Source of the DNA: Megasphaera elsdenii DSM 20460
GTDB lineage: Bacteria; Bacillota; Negativicutes; Veillonellales; Megasphaeraceae
Length of the DNA: 32,000 nucleotides
Direction: 5' to 3'
NCBI RefSeq assembly: GCF_003010495.1
Contig: NZ_CP027570.1
Coordinates: 2,400,001-2,432,000 of the forward strand
Part shown: in pieces, positions 31,586 to 32,000 of the stretch
How the letters are laid out: every line of letters starts with the position of its first letter
How positions within the stretch are numbered: position 1 is the first letter of the stretch
The notes under the pieces: generated by a model
Told to the model about the DNA's origin: nothing
What the model saw: the letters and a program-made list of their open reading frames with translations, nothing else
The model's database searches: none
Made by a program: the position numbers and the translations under genes

Positions 31586-32000
31586 TCAGGGCTGATAGGA
31601 CAAGATGGAAAAGACTTCCCGATTTGGGTGGTGCGATTCTTCAAAATAAAGGGTCCGCTTCAGTTCCCGTTCCCATTCGGCTTTGCGCTTCTTATCCTTG
31701 AGCAGGGCCAGGACATCGGGATGCGCCTCGATGAGGACGTCGCCCTGCAGATGATGGCTCCCGGCCAGGTGGCGCAGGCGGCGGATAATCTGGATGGCCA
31801 CGGTTTCCGGCGAATAGAGGACGCCCGAACCGCCGCAGACATCGCAGGGGCTGAACTGGACCTGATAGAGGCTCTGGCGGGCCTTCTTGCGGGTAATTTC
31901 CACCAGATTCAGCGCCGTCATGCCCAGGACGCGGGTCTTGGTGCAATCCAGGGCCGTCTCGCGGGTTAGGATCTGCAAAATCTCGTCGCGTTTCGTCGGC
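31586..32000 (-). CDS. rng: Ribonuclease E/G family protein, C-terminal part; the 5' end lies beyond the right edge
   Basis: The frame is open to the window edge: PTKRDEILQILTRETALDCTKTRVLGMTALNLVEITRKKARQSLYQVQFSPCDVCGGSGVLYSPETVAIQIIRRL.... It is colinear with the RNase G C-terminus (GLVEMTRKR...C..C.G.G...ET). The TTG start at 31978 in the track is internal. Confidence 0.8.
   Translation of the reverse strand, partial: PTKRDEILQILTRETALDCTKTRVLGMTALNLVEITRKKARQSLYQVQFSPCDVCGGSGVLYSPETVAIQIIRRLRHLAGSHHLQGDVLIEAHPDVLALLKDKKRKAEWERELKRTLYFEESHHPNREVFSILSYQP

Noticed and set aside
1-32000. Search for defence, toxin-antitoxin, phage or secondary-metabolite systems, tRNA/rRNA genes and integrase-flanked islands.
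   Set aside because: Every sizeable ORF is accounted for by housekeeping, transport, cobalamin, pilus or signalling families. No nuclease/helicase/ATPase sets of unknown function, tRNA-like T-loops or att-like direct repeats were seen by eye. This is a by-eye negative, not a computed one.

Overview
32-kb window at roughly 60% GC. Every gene I can support lies on the minus strand. The long + strand ORFs in the track are antisense shadows typical of GC-rich DNA. Reading the minus strand 5'->3' (right to left), the window holds: (1) the 3' end of an RNase E/G-family gene; (2) a dCache-HAMP-GGDEF diguanylate cyclase; (3) a decayed IS200/IS605-type tnpB 3' remnant abutting a truncated gene fragment; (4) a trkA-trkH-trkH potassium-uptake operon; (5) a small acidic ORF with its own promoter; (6) a 13-gene, translationally coupled type IV pilus / Com-like cluster: GspE/PilB-like ATPase, PilT, PilC, PulG-like major pilin, short prepilin peptidase, four pilin-like ORFs, PilM-like, PilN and PilO-like, with no secretin; (7) a sigma70-like promoter plus cobalamin riboswitch driving exbB, exbD, a TonB-N-terminus::TonB-dependent-receptor ORF, a binding lipoprotein, a permease, an ATPase, and cbiD-cbiF-cbiG-cbiH-cbiJ; (8) a 151-bp x4 near-identical tandem repeat; (9) cbiET, cbiA and cbiC, separated by GC-rich palindromic (REP-like) elements; (10) gatC-gatA. 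Firmicute-style genes and strong GGAGG Shine-Dalgarno sites occur together with outer-membrane TonB machinery. That combination suggests a diderm Firmicute (Negativicutes), which is an inference only. I see no rRNA, tRNA, CRISPR array or recognisable defence system. The features least explained by standard annotation are the in-frame TonB-anchor/receptor fusion, the structured 151-bp tandem array that splits the cbi operon, a family of dispersed GC-rich hairpin modules with a compensatory stem swap, TTTGAAG heptad repeats forming a long palindrome in the trkA leader, and a terminator-like hairpin that buries the SD of the first pilus gene.
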